DNA of 64,000 nt from a virus (taxonomy: Duplodnaviria > Heunggongvirae > Uroviricota > Caudoviricetes): the IMG/VR virus record IMGVR_UViG_3300037455_000543, positions 187,136-251,135 of that record, one strand, 5' to 3'. Numbering within the stretch: position 1 is the stretch's first letter; the number at the start of each line of letters is the position of its first letter. The translations under genes and the position numbers were made by a program. The notes beneath the pieces were generated by a model. It worked only from the letters and a program-made list of their open reading frames with translations, ran no database searches and was not told the DNA's origin. This document shows positions 39,201-48,020 of the stretch, piece after piece.

Positions 39201-41211
39201 TATCAAATATATAGTAATCTTCAGTAACAGATTGATTACCATTAGGCTTAACTATTATTTTAGAATTCTGATTTTCCAATCGTACATGTACATCATTAAT
39301 ATTGAGTTGGCCTGGATAATTACCCACTAATACACATTCACCGAACATACCACCAATATTTTTTATACTCTGTAACGGGAAGTAATAAGGTGCACCATTT
39401 TGCGCGGTACTTGTATAATAATTTCTTTTGTGATATACTATATTACCATTTACAAAATCATCATATGAAGCTGCTGATGTAGCAGAATCTACTACATCCA
39501 TTGAACGCATATTTAGATAAATTGTAGATATATTACCATTTAATTGTTTTCCAGCTATACCACCTATAAATCCAACAAATGTTCCAGATGTAACAACATC
39601 AACTTCATTAGCAACAATACTATTAATATCACCATTATTAACACCAGCGACTAAAGAAACATAATATGCTACTCTGTTTTGTTCTGCCATTTTTAATGGC
39701 GTATCAAGATATGGTGTTTCTTCAAAAAGTCTATATTGATTTAAAGTATATCTTGATTTTCTAATATCAATAAGTACTCCACCATAGGAGGTATTATATT
39801 GGTCTTTTTTAAAATCAATAGGTAATACGCACGCACTAGATGCTGCAGGACTAAAATGTCCTATACATTTTTCATTTACACTACAAAAAATATTAGTATC
39901 ATAAAATAATATATCTTTTTTATCAGCTGTAGTATTATAACTGTCTATGTAACCAGCAACTGTATTATCATCATTTGTATAATGTACCCCATCAAAATAA
40001 TACCATTCTGCAGGTGATGTCATAGCAGTATTATATCTTTGTGCATCTGATAAGTTTTTTATCCTAAAACCATCGTATTCTGGTGCATTTGGTCCAAAAG
40101 TTCTCCAGTATGAATATGCTTCAGCACGTTTTTTATCATAACCTGCCATTGTTGCAAAAACACCTTCATTAAAGTAACCAATATATGGAACAATATTACC
40201 CAATGAGTTGTAGCACAAATAGTCAGGATAAAATATATTACTTGTATCGTCATAGTCATAATCTGTTACATCATCTCTTTTATTTGAAACTGAATATATA
40301 CCCGGAATAAATTCAGAAATAGTGATTTTAGCATATTTTATATCAATTAAACGTATTGAACCATTGTTTTTACCACAGAAGAATCCAGCGACAATATCAG
40401 TACCTTCAGTTGATAAATGATTTATACCAAGTTTCTTTTTACATACAATTTCATTAAATTTACCATCTAATCTAACAGTACTGATTTTACCTTCTGTACC
40501 CAAATATCCAATAATACCATTTACATTATTACGGCATATCAATCTAATATCAATAAATTTAAAACCATTACCATAAAAAACACCTTCAAATGGGTGTTCT
40601 GGATTTTCACCAATAGAAAAATCAATATCAATAGGTGTATTTTCTTTACCAATATTATCACCTAAAACAATATTAATTTTATTATTATAATTTGCGCCAT
40701 TTACTTTGTCTGCACACCATTTTAATTCTTCTTTTGTCTTTACATAATAAAAACCTCTTGCAACAGGTACAGTAGTAGTTACGCCATCGACAATTTCTTG
40801 TTTTGTAGTATCTGACTTGTAAAATTCACCATCTGGATTAAAAAATTTCTCAGATAGATGGCCATCATTTTCATTCGGATTTGCTTCTACAAAATTTAAA
40901 TAATTATCTTCAGTAACAAACTGCGGTTCAGTAGCAATATCAACGTCTTTCATCGTTGTATATTGATAATTTACTGGATAAATATCTGGCAAATATAAGT
41001 TATTAAAATTCTGTACTATATTATCATAACCAAGTGTTTTATAATTTGGATTTAAATATATTAAATCTGTATAATTTCTTACATAGTTTAATATATCTTC
41101 ATAGTCTTCTACAAATTTAGAATTAACTGGCTGTAATCTCCAAGTATCTTCACCAGATACTTCGCCTTTCATTAATCTGTTTTTAAAGCTGTTAAATACA
41201 AAAGATTGCAT
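36256..41211 (-). CDS. Large tail-associated protein with GLUG-like beta-helix region
   Basis: EELKWCADKVN...FEGVFYGNG...GIIGY...VAGFFCGKNNG...IGGIAG...IGGMFG. Confidence 0.6.
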   Translation of the reverse strand: MQSFVFNSFKNRLMKGEVSGEDTWRLQPVNSKFVEDYEDILNYVRNYTDLIYLNPNYKTLGYDNIVQNFNNLYLPDIYPVNYQYTTMKDVDIATEPQFVTEDNYLNFVEANPNENDGHLSEKFFNPDGEFYKSDTTKQEIVDGVTTTVPVARGFYYVKTKEELKWCADKVNGANYNNKINIVLGDNIGKENTPIDIDFSIGENPEHPFEGVFYGNGFKFIDIRLICRNNVNGIIGYLGTEGKISTVRLDGKFNEIVCKKKLGINHLSTEGTDIVAGFFCGKNNGSIRLIDIKYAKITISEFIPGIYSVSNKRDDVTDYDYDDTSNIFYPDYLCYNSLGNIVPYIGYFNEGVFATMAGYDKKRAEAYSYWRTFGPNAPEYDGFRIKNLSDAQRYNTAMTSPAEWYYFDGVHYTNDDNTVAGYIDSYNTTADKKDILFYDTNIFCSVNEKCIGHFSPAASSACVLPIDFKKDQYNTSYGGVLIDIRKSRYTLNQYRLFEETPYLDTPLKMAEQNRVAYYVSLVAGVNNGDINSIVANEVDVVTSGTFVGFIGGIAGKQLNGNISTIYLNMRSMDVVDSATSAASYDDFVNGNIVYHKRNYYTSTAQNGAPYYFPLQSIKNIGGMFGECVLVGNYPGQLNINDVHVRLENQNSKIIVKPNGNQSVTEDYYIFDKYATIAPIIEYNTSNLGDVWYNKDDLNDESKKLIYIRNSDFVYNESLTEEDKNTQVGFTEKGLFFRQIFNTFGNTQTQIWYPSNDNWDLDTSVIKSYQTYDGAASPLFCEIKPVYQTSPSVIETPYINNPYINYSAINAQFTENGPYYTYYESVNGLHKLNTFISDAYISRFSNTFDKTDDRCIHEHTVGLYAMDQNLASPVSDPEFYSINLDVDLPGVANTTGMVFNRFTKETKNVSLDIRNLMKNLIYWDNVGVHNNHNVWTYPDPEFARYLQPDIFKYTTVPMNAQLPLTFKVTDGNTEREVSSIDEMNIGDKITWSDYNGNKIPYTYSYFGSDLTISRNTVLQKHNDLLTNLKGYTLTLKNPSYGTVMMQEGSNAGGGSIKDDISGYKVNVTFKPTRTYKVQAILGNGTIQELAYTTLDGNDVKFNDTSLFLNSYVSPEYLKAYPNGDTTEYRLNNISGYSYSHTAMSDPGTFESKIRFTATTYLMLNDDRTSPYMNMQWNHLLIGERSRGGDGDNFFYAVSYILQPVAVEPIYYPAGGEGYVTGYKLNMNDQVAEVLTATTPPPLYSAYITQKKSTYTASPEQGFYPADENGVVVNDWSEAALTGVSTAMTVLTKSENGIYTPEQVYGDGKKPDAIYEIANEGESAIWSAAICQLFDYNGNSIGTALMTRTLNGFAYESQTANYNLGNYALNDENSIFYYGDEFEYLSAGEEYQPITPADPWYTHSQTGAYTVNFANCTWDNNLTANHNINILEAQDEFYKPSFFEGVYPIDNYRIANGDLAEGEEDKYDFYRYTYLKEVVKKTNIGKEGINLPVKYDVINNKAGFWFNMHEEPIVNNIGKLEKSAYNDDIKYTSNILYIGKTPNQRCILSTNLSRTGVSAVTFSGFSADDFQGLYVMDSKYNPVMYIDVGLGECSEGTTWTYSSYPSYPGGTYSSVDGKRIFVRDDGIIFDNEAEFELQEACETVASGLLLEVET

Positions 41212-41214
41212 ATA

Positions 41215-42513
41215 TTACCATTTCTTTACATAGTCAATAGTCTCAGGTGTATCTGTTATAACTGTAGGTCTATTAACTTTAAATGTGCATTTTTGATTAT
41301 TTATTTCATTGACATTGGTCTGTTCAAACATTAAACTAGAATCTAACATGTTAGAATAATCTGTTTCTACCGATACTGACTCGGTTGTTTTACTATACTT
41401 TCTAAGCCAATCATTTTCTATTGTTTTTGTTTTACCATCGCCAAATATTTTAATACATTCATTAACTATATATTCAGCAATTTCAGACGTCTTTAATGCA
41501 ACAGTAGAATATACTTCACTTGTAGCTGCTATTGCTTCATTAAATGCATCAATTGCTGGGTCAGCCAATCGATCATATGAAGGTATAAATAACCCTTTCT
41601 TTAAACCATCTTCCTTCTTTACGAAGTGATATGGTTTTCCGCCATCTGCGCCAATATTAAAATGTACTGCTAAAAATATTTCACCTGTTGACATTCGCCA
41701 TACAGCCGGAACTTTTGTCGGTATAAAACATCTAAAATTTGAAGCTTTATAAAAATCTTTTGTTGAATATGGTGTTGCTTTATAACATAAATTTGAAAAT
41801 CTGTTTGTCTGAAAACTATTACCTACTAAATCATTAATATTATATCTATATGTTTTTTGTAATCTAAGCCCAGTAATCATATTCATATAATCAGGGCTAT
41901 CTTCTTTATAATAATCGGTTTCGACTGTACGATCTGGGGTTAACGTAGTTATTTTACAATCTTCTTTTGTATTATTACCTAATACACCTCTATATTTTGC
42001 TACCACAAATCGTGGATCTATAACTTTACTCTGGTATGGTTGTATATTATAAGTATCGCCAAATTGAGTGCCTGTTGTAAGTATAATCCCCCATCCTCCA
42101 TAGCACCATGCATCAACCCAACCATCTTTACCATTCCAAACTCTTAAGTTAGTTTTAAAACAACATTTACCAGTATTAGTATCTTCTGCTTGATAAACAT
42201 TGTATGTTGCCCAATTTTTTAAATCTTCAACCCAAAAATATTTTACTTCAGTATCACTGCCATTCTTTGATAGATTATTAACGCCATCACTAACAATTGA
42301 TGTATTATTATATTTTGTGCCATAATAATCATATGGCGCAATAAAATTATTTTTTCTTATAAAATCATCAAGACTTTCATCCTCTGTTTGTTCAGGTGGA
42401 TTAGATATACTATCTGGAACTTCAGATACTACTGCTCTTGCTCTATTAGTTCCTGGCCAAGCAAAACCTTGAACACCATCTTCATATTGAACTTTATAAA
42501 CGGTTTCTTGCAT
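41215..42513 (-). CDS. Hypothetical late protein, first gene of the tail-protein operon
   Basis: 432-aa ORF; TATAAATA (42519-42526) 5 nt from ATG. Confidence 0.6.
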   Translation of the reverse strand: MQETVYKVQYEDGVQGFAWPGTNRARAVVSEVPDSISNPPEQTEDESLDDFIRKNNFIAPYDYYGTKYNNTSIVSDGVNNLSKNGSDTEVKYFWVEDLKNWATYNVYQAEDTNTGKCCFKTNLRVWNGKDGWVDAWCYGGWGIILTTGTQFGDTYNIQPYQSKVIDPRFVVAKYRGVLGNNTKEDCKITTLTPDRTVETDYYKEDSPDYMNMITGLRLQKTYRYNINDLVGNSFQTNRFSNLCYKATPYSTKDFYKASNFRCFIPTKVPAVWRMSTGEIFLAVHFNIGADGGKPYHFVKKEDGLKKGLFIPSYDRLADPAIDAFNEAIAATSEVYSTVALKTSEIAEYIVNECIKIFGDGKTKTIENDWLRKYSKTTESVSVETDYSNMLDSSLMFEQTNVNEINNQKCTFKVNRPTVITDTPETIDYVKKW

Positions 42514-42579
42514 ATAGATATTTATAATATTGTTTTAAAAAAATCATATATAATACGTATATCTATTAGTGAGGATTTT

Positions 42580-43254
42580 ATGAAAATAGCCGGATTAGAC
42601 TTATCTATTTCATCCAGTGGCATAATTATAGAAGAAATTGACGATAACTTTGAAATAAAAAATATTGAGCGACACGGGTTTACTAGTGTAAAGAAAAATT
42701 CTATATTATCAAATATCGTTTACTATAATAAGAATGATTTTAAAAATGATTATGAACGCTATCAATTTTTCTGCGACAATATTGTAGGTTGGTGTAAAGA
42801 TTGTGAATATATAGCTGTCGAAGACTATGCTTATTCTATGTCTGGTGCATCCGGCTTAATTTTCTCCTTGGCAGAATTTGAAGGAAATATTAAGCTAACT
42901 TTATTCAGAGAAGGCTGTAAGCTTCGTTTTTATACTCCTAACCAAAATAAAAAATTCTTTTCTGGTCGTGGAAATGCTGATAAGATTGGAATGAGGGATG
43001 CATTTGAATCTTGGACTGGTAAAAAACCAGATTTAGGCGATTTGCCACTTGTAACTAATGGAAAATCTGGAAATTCTCCAACTTCTGATATTATCGATGC
43101 CTTTAGCCTTTGTGAATTCTTACGAAAAGAACTAAGGATTCGTAATAATCTTGAAACTATGGAACAACAGGAAAAGTACATCAAAGAATGTTTTTTGACT
43201 AAAACACAGGAACATATTAATGGCCTAATAAATTCTGATTTCCTTTATAAATAA
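42580..43254 (+). CDS. ruvC: RuvC-like Holliday junction resolvase
   Basis: MKIAGLDLSISSSG...AVEDY...PNQNKKFFSGRGNADK...DIIDAF; true start after GAGGA SD (ORF-track start 42388 is upstream noise). Confidence 0.85.
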   Translation: MKIAGLDLSISSSGIIIEEIDDNFEIKNIERHGFTSVKKNSILSNIVYYNKNDFKNDYERYQFFCDNIVGWCKDCEYIAVEDYAYSMSGASGLIFSLAEFEGNIKLTLFREGCKLRFYTPNQNKKFFSGRGNADKIGMRDAFESWTGKKPDLGDLPLVTNGKSGNSPTSDIIDAFSLCEFLRKELRIRNNLETMEQQEKYIKECFLTKTQEHINGLINSDFLYK

Positions 43255-43267
43255 TAGTAGAGGAATT

Positions 43268-43813
43268 ATGCAATTAATTGATGCACTGGATATACTTGTA
43301 GAGAATAATCTTATCAATGAAGATGAAATAAAGATTAGAGAAGCTACGTATGATGAATACATAGCTGCATTTAAGAAAGTTGCAGCAAATGAAGTAAATG
43401 AATTCTACAAAAATGCCACTGAAGAACAAAGAAATATATTAGAAAAACAAATTGTAAACTCTGCTGACATTATTTGGGATAGACTTCTTCATAAGTATAC
43501 AATTACAGGAACTGAAATTTTAGCAACATTACCAAATAATGATGGTTCTACATATATCTCTATGGCATATGTTCCACCTATTAACCGTGGAAATTATGGT
43601 TCTATAAAGGCATTAAAACAATGCATTGCAGACTCACCTAACGGCGTTTCATTGCATACTAATAAAAACAATAAAAGAGTTATCCAACTTGTTCAATACT
43701 TTGGTTTTAAGCAATATCCATCTGTACATCCGAATGAACTTTTCTTTGCAAATAAACCAGGTATTGGTGGTAATGAATGGGTATCAAATGATCAAACACC
43801 AGATACAGACTAA
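43268..43813 (+). CDS. GNAT-family acetyltransferase-like protein with cleavable leader
   Basis: IKIREATYDE, YVPPINRGNYGS, NKRVIQLVQYFGF; leader ends LINE; TATAAATA at 43246-43253. Confidence 0.6.
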   Translation: MQLIDALDILVENNLINEDEIKIREATYDEYIAAFKKVAANEVNEFYKNATEEQRNILEKQIVNSADIIWDRLLHKYTITGTEILATLPNNDGSTYISMAYVPPINRGNYGSIKALKQCIADSPNGVSLHTNKNNKRVIQLVQYFGFKQYPSVHPNELFFANKPGIGGNEWVSNDQTPDTD

Positions 43814-43822
43814 GGACTTAAG

Positions 43823-44296
43823 ATGATTACAAAATTATTTTTAGACATGGACGGTGTAATAGTCAATTTCAGAGGACAGTGCGAAAAATTTAACTGTATT
43901 GATGGAAATACTGTAGACTGGAATGTTATTCACAATGCAGGTTCTGACTTCTGGTCTGAAATTGAATGGCTTCCTGAAGGCAAGGAACTATTCGAATTTA
44001 TCAAGAAAGTATGTGCTGAAGAAGACATCGATTTATATATCCTTTCTTCTGTAAACTTCAGCGAAGGTAAAGTCGGTAAATTAAAATGGCTTAAGAACAA
44101 TACCGATATTGATAAGCACCACATTATAATCACAAACCTTGGAAAAGAAAAAGCCTATTATGCTGACCCAGAAGCATTGCTTATAGATGACTTCCGTAAA
44201 AACTGTGATGCTTTCTCTTCCGCTGGTGGTCAGGTAATAAAATACGAAACACCAAAACAGACTAAAGAAGAGTTACTTACATTATTAGGATTTTAA
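43823..44296 (+). CDS. HAD-family 5'(3')-deoxyribonucleotidase
   Basis: LFLDMDGVIVNF...FWSEIEW...GKLKWL...LIDD. Confidence 0.85.
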   Translation: MITKLFLDMDGVIVNFRGQCEKFNCIDGNTVDWNVIHNAGSDFWSEIEWLPEGKELFEFIKKVCAEEDIDLYILSSVNFSEGKVGKLKWLKNNTDIDKHHIIITNLGKEKAYYADPEALLIDDFRKNCDAFSSAGGQVIKYETPKQTKEELLTLLGF

Positions 44297-44301
44297 ATTA
44301 A

Positions 44302-44325
44302 AAAACCGGTTATTTAACCGGTTTT
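44302..44325. terminator. Bidirectional terminator (AACCGGTT arms)
   Basis: AAAACCGGTTA-loop-TAACCGGTTTT. Confidence 0.85.
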
Positions 44326-44333
44326 ATTTTTTA

Positions 44334-44864
44334 TTAAACTTTATGAGTTGCTGCATATCGCTGAATATTAGGCGCAATACTTAGACTTTTAGTCAATGCT
44401 TTATCAAGTCGTCTTGAGAACATATTTCCCAAAGATTCATCTGCTTTACTTAATGTCTTATAGAACTTTACTGCATTTTTCCATTCCTGTAATTCTACAA
44501 GGTCATCAAGTTCATACTTATTGGCCGCAATCATCTTATCTGACAACTTTTTACATACCATATCAGCAATATTCTGAACCATTTCAGATGTCATTGTTAC
44601 ATTTGACCCCATATTGTATTCTTTTTGTAAATCCTGACTGAATTCTGTAGATTTTATATTGGAATTATACATATCGGCTGCTTTTGCATTGAAATCTCTT
44701 GCAGCTGCATGCGTAATTAAGCCTAAACCTAAAGCTAAACCAGCAATAAAACGGCCAAGTTTACCTTCATTTAATATTACATAGCCATTAGATTCAAGTA
44801 ATTTTCTGGCTTCATCCAGTTCATTTACTTTTCTATTGTAGTATTCAGTAAAAGATTCTCTCAT
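44334..44864 (-). CDS. Putative internal/ejected protein with hydrophobic helix
   Basis: SFTEYY...EARKLLESNGYVILNE-GKLGRFIAGLALGLGL. Confidence 0.6.
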   Translation of the reverse strand: MRESFTEYYNRKVNELDEARKLLESNGYVILNEGKLGRFIAGLALGLGLITHAAARDFNAKAADMYNSNIKSTEFSQDLQKEYNMGSNVTMTSEMVQNIADMVCKKLSDKMIAANKYELDDLVELQEWKNAVKFYKTLSKADESLGNMFSRRLDKALTKSLSIAPNIQRYAATHKV

Positions 44865-44884
44865 ATATTCTCCATAACTTATAT

Positions 44885-44896
44885 TATTTATAAATA
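44885..44896. promoter_or_regulatory. Palindromic double late promoter TATTTATAAATA
   Basis: TATAAATA on both strands between divergent genes; 4 nt from ATG at 44901. Confidence 0.75.
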
Positions 44897-44900
44897 ATGT

Positions 44901-45809
44901 ATGGCTAGAGATTATGCTGCAGAATTCCGAAAATTATTCAGTAACGGGTGTACAGTTCAAGGCTGGGACTGGAATGCGCCTCGTTATTTTGACTCAACAG
45001 AAAACGACTGTTATTCTGCGGAAGCTGCCTTAGTTTCTGAACTTACATCAGAAGCATATAACAATTTTGGTTTCGAAGTCCTTTATTATATAAAGGCCAT
45101 AGATACAAAAATAGACAGACTATATGGCGAAGATCCGCTTGAAAATGTAGAACGTAGATTTAAACTGCAAATGTATACTGACAGCATACCAACTATGCAG
45201 AAAAGCTATGATTTACAGGGTATGATTTATAATGAGCTTATAACCTGTCAATGTACAGTCCAGCATTTTTACGAAGCATCTCAATTATCTTATCCTGATA
45301 TGCAGGATATCTATGAGGCTGAAGTTCCTAGAATAGGCGATATTGTCTATATGGAATATTCAGATACATATTATGAGGTAGTTAATGTAAAACAGTTTGC
45401 TGACAGCACTACATTCTTGTCAACTCCAATGACCTATACGTTTATCTTACGTGTATGGCGCAATAATCATGAAGATGTCGATGTTAATAAGATTAATCCT
45501 GACAAGATGGAAGAATTTAATGAATATGCTTCACTAGGCGAAACATTTAATCTTGACCTTAAAGATACTGAAGAGCATAATACAGCACATGTTCAAGCTG
45601 ATGCTACAGAAGAAAACGGCAAGATTAAAGAAGGCAGTGACATGCTCGCTATTAATGAAGATTTAAAACATGATGAAACATTAAAATATTCTGAAGAAGG
45701 TGAGATTCTCAAAGACGCAAAAGATAATGTTGAATCTCATGTCGTATATAATGACAAAGAAGTCAAGGAAGAAAATCCAGAATATTATGACCCGTTCGGA
45801 GGATGGTAA
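44901..45809 (+). CDS. gp14: Neck protein gp14-like, paralog B
   Basis: FGFEVLYY...DRLYGED...PRIGDIVY...YEVVNV; C-terminus matches paralog A. Confidence 0.75.
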   Translation: MARDYAAEFRKLFSNGCTVQGWDWNAPRYFDSTENDCYSAEAALVSELTSEAYNNFGFEVLYYIKAIDTKIDRLYGEDPLENVERRFKLQMYTDSIPTMQKSYDLQGMIYNELITCQCTVQHFYEASQLSYPDMQDIYEAEVPRIGDIVYMEYSDTYYEVVNVKQFADSTTFLSTPMTYTFILRVWRNNHEDVDVNKINPDKMEEFNEYASLGETFNLDLKDTEEHNTAHVQADATEENGKIKEGSDMLAINEDLKHDETLKYSEEGEILKDAKDNVESHVVYNDKEVKEENPEYYDPFGGW

Positions 45810-47650
45810 TGGGCTTAATAAACATATACAATAGCGTATCTAAATTGAGACCGCATATAACCTATAGGTTCTGTGCTCAAATTAAACCATTTGGTGGCAT
45901 TACTGAAACTAACTTCGATGATGTTATAGAATTTTCAATCAAGAATATTTCTTTCCCGATTTTTAGTATAAGCAACGACAATAAAAGACTTTTTGGTAAC
46001 ACACAAGTTTCTTTCCCAACAATAAAATTTGGCGAACGTGAAATGAATATTACGTTTGAAGAAACGGACGATATGATGGTATTTAAAACCTTATCACATT
46101 TATATGGAGGCAAGCCATATAATAATGAAAGTCTTCCGTTGGTAAACATAAAGGTTACACAGTTTGAAGAATCTATGCTAACTATAGTTGATGAAAAAAC
46201 TTATGTATGTAGAATAAGTCAATTTGATTTTCCTACATTCAATAACAATGACTATGGTTCGCCTATAGAACTTAAAGCATCATTTTATGTTCTTTATAGC
46301 ACATCTGATGAAACAGAGCTTGCTAAAATCAAACTTAACGATGATGGTTCCACTAAACATAAAGAGACTCATAACGGTCTCGATAATATATTCAATCAAT
46401 ATATGCAAGACATAAATGCACAAGAACGCGCCGAAGAAGAAAAAAGAAAGAATCCACCTTTACCTGCTGGTGATGGAAAACCTCTTCCAAAAGGCAAAAA
46501 TACTGACATTATACAGGGTGGGCGTGCATTATTATTACAAGGTGCTTATGATATTGTTGACCCTGCAAAACGTGAGCAATTTATTGCTGATATCGATAAA
46601 TACTCAGCCGATACAAAATTGTCTAAAGCAGAAAAAGAACAGCTTAAAAAAGATTATGGTTTAAGTGATGGATTGTTAGATGATCTACAAGGTAGCTTAG
46701 GTGCCGAACGCCTGTTTAATCCTCATTCTCATCAAGATAATTTAAAGATGACTGCTGAAGAATATGAAAATACAAAGATGTTCTTAAATAATGTTATCAA
46801 ACTGCAAATTGAAGCTGAAATTGCAAACGGTAATAAAGATTGGGAAAAACATACAAGACGATATAAGAACGCAGAAGGTGAAGAAGTCGAAGCGACATAT
46901 TATACCTATGCTGGTAAGGCATCATATGTTAATGATGAAGGAAAAACTATCACGAACAGCTTTAATAGAGAAAAAGTTAAAGAATTTAAAGATCAAAAAG
47001 TTGAAGATGTTGCATTCCATACAACAGGCAATTACTATGCAAATCTTGATACAGTATTAAGTGATATGGCACGAGGTGGTCAAGCTGCAACTATGTTTGA
47101 AGACTTTGCTATCGTTAAAAAAGAAACTGTCGAGAAAGGCCGTGCACATAGTGCATTTGGTCCAGAAGATTATGCTGATGATGCTACTAGAAAAAATACA
47201 TTAGGTATAGAATATGTAAGCGCCTCTGGTGTACATGATAAAAATGGATTACATACTACCCATTCTACTGGCCGTTCGGGCTATATCGAAATCGTTGATG
47301 AAAGCGGCAAAAAAGCACGTTCGCAGGTTGAGGCAGTAGGTGAAGTGGTTGATGATAAAATTCGTGCTAAAGGTAGTAAAAATGCATTATATCATAATGA
47401 ATCGCAAGATCTTGTTCTTAAAGCTGTAACTGATGATATGAATGAACGTGGTGTTGGCGCATTTAACTTCAATAATGCCACTATTGATAGTACTGAACAC
47501 AACCAAAGTAACATTCATAAAAACCAGCGCGGTAAGACAGAACTCATCGCACACGATAATGTTTCTAATAAGGGTAAAGAGGGTGAATCTTCCGTAGATG
47601 CTATGGAATCTACAGTAGCAAACATTAATAGCTGGACAGCTGCTAAATAA
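45809..47650 (+). CDS. Tail-tube-fold protein with C-terminal amidase-like domain
   Basis: ISFPIF...FGEREMNITFEETDD...VKVTQF...CRISQFDFPTF...LKASFYV; C-terminal FHTT/AHSA/LGIEY/IAHD. MGLINIY start parallels MGLCNLY at 3448. Confidence 0.6.
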   Translation: MGLINIYNSVSKLRPHITYRFCAQIKPFGGITETNFDDVIEFSIKNISFPIFSISNDNKRLFGNTQVSFPTIKFGEREMNITFEETDDMMVFKTLSHLYGGKPYNNESLPLVNIKVTQFEESMLTIVDEKTYVCRISQFDFPTFNNNDYGSPIELKASFYVLYSTSDETELAKIKLNDDGSTKHKETHNGLDNIFNQYMQDINAQERAEEEKRKNPPLPAGDGKPLPKGKNTDIIQGGRALLLQGAYDIVDPAKREQFIADIDKYSADTKLSKAEKEQLKKDYGLSDGLLDDLQGSLGAERLFNPHSHQDNLKMTAEEYENTKMFLNNVIKLQIEAEIANGNKDWEKHTRRYKNAEGEEVEATYYTYAGKASYVNDEGKTITNSFNREKVKEFKDQKVEDVAFHTTGNYYANLDTVLSDMARGGQAATMFEDFAIVKKETVEKGRAHSAFGPEDYADDATRKNTLGIEYVSASGVHDKNGLHTTHSTGRSGYIEIVDESGKKARSQVEAVGEVVDDKIRAKGSKNALYHNESQDLVLKAVTDDMNERGVGAFNFNNATIDSTEHNQSNIHKNQRGKTELIAHDNVSNKGKEGESSVDAMESTVANINSWTAAK

Positions 47651-47676
47651 AATTCAGAATTAATGTTAACAAAAAG

Positions 47677-47705
47677 TTTACAATTTAAACTTTCTTTGCT
47701 ATCTT
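47677..47705 (+). promoter_or_regulatory. Sigma70-type (early-like) promoter
   Basis: TTTACA (47677-47682), 17-nt spacer, TGc-TATCTT extended -10 (47697-47705). Confidence 0.5.
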
Positions 47706-47709
47706 TGAT

Positions 47710-48020
47710 TTTCGACATTCCAAGTCCTATTCCTCGGAGCGAAACTCAATCCAATGAGCTGTCGGTAGAGGGTAGGCCATTATGAACTTGAGGGAAAAGT
47801 TCGTCGTTTTTAACGAAATGATCAGGTATTAACTGATAATGGAACCCAATGACAGAAAATCTAGCAAATTTTCTATGTAGCCGCCATGGCATGTCAAGAT
47901 GTAGCCGGAGTACAGGATGACCATCCCGTAAGCTTGACAGTAAGCCCCGAGAGTTGAAGACAGATGCTTTAGCACTTCTTTACCTATCTTCCTGGATAGG
48001 CTCGAAGTCTCTGAACAGAT
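47710..48020 (+). ncRNA. Candidate structured non-coding RNA (family not recognised)
   Basis: No ORF of 60 aa or more inside; 124/280 G+C by hand count over 47721-48000; many nested hairpins; promoter upstream. Confidence 0.5.

Noticed and set aside
42388-42579. N-terminal extension of RuvC given in the ORF track
   Set aside because: It overlaps the opposite-strand gene and promoter; the SD and RuvC motif begin at 42580.
48006-48016. GTTCAGAGACT on the minus strand resembles the group I intron R element
   Set aside because: No matching S element (AAGAUAUAGUC) follows, and no gene is interrupted here.
47710-48020. tmRNA, RNase P or SRP identity for the non-coding island
   Set aside because: No tRNA-like TPsiC/CCA end or ALAA-type tag, no GAGGAAAGUCC P4 motif, no SRP GGAA/AGCAG loop.
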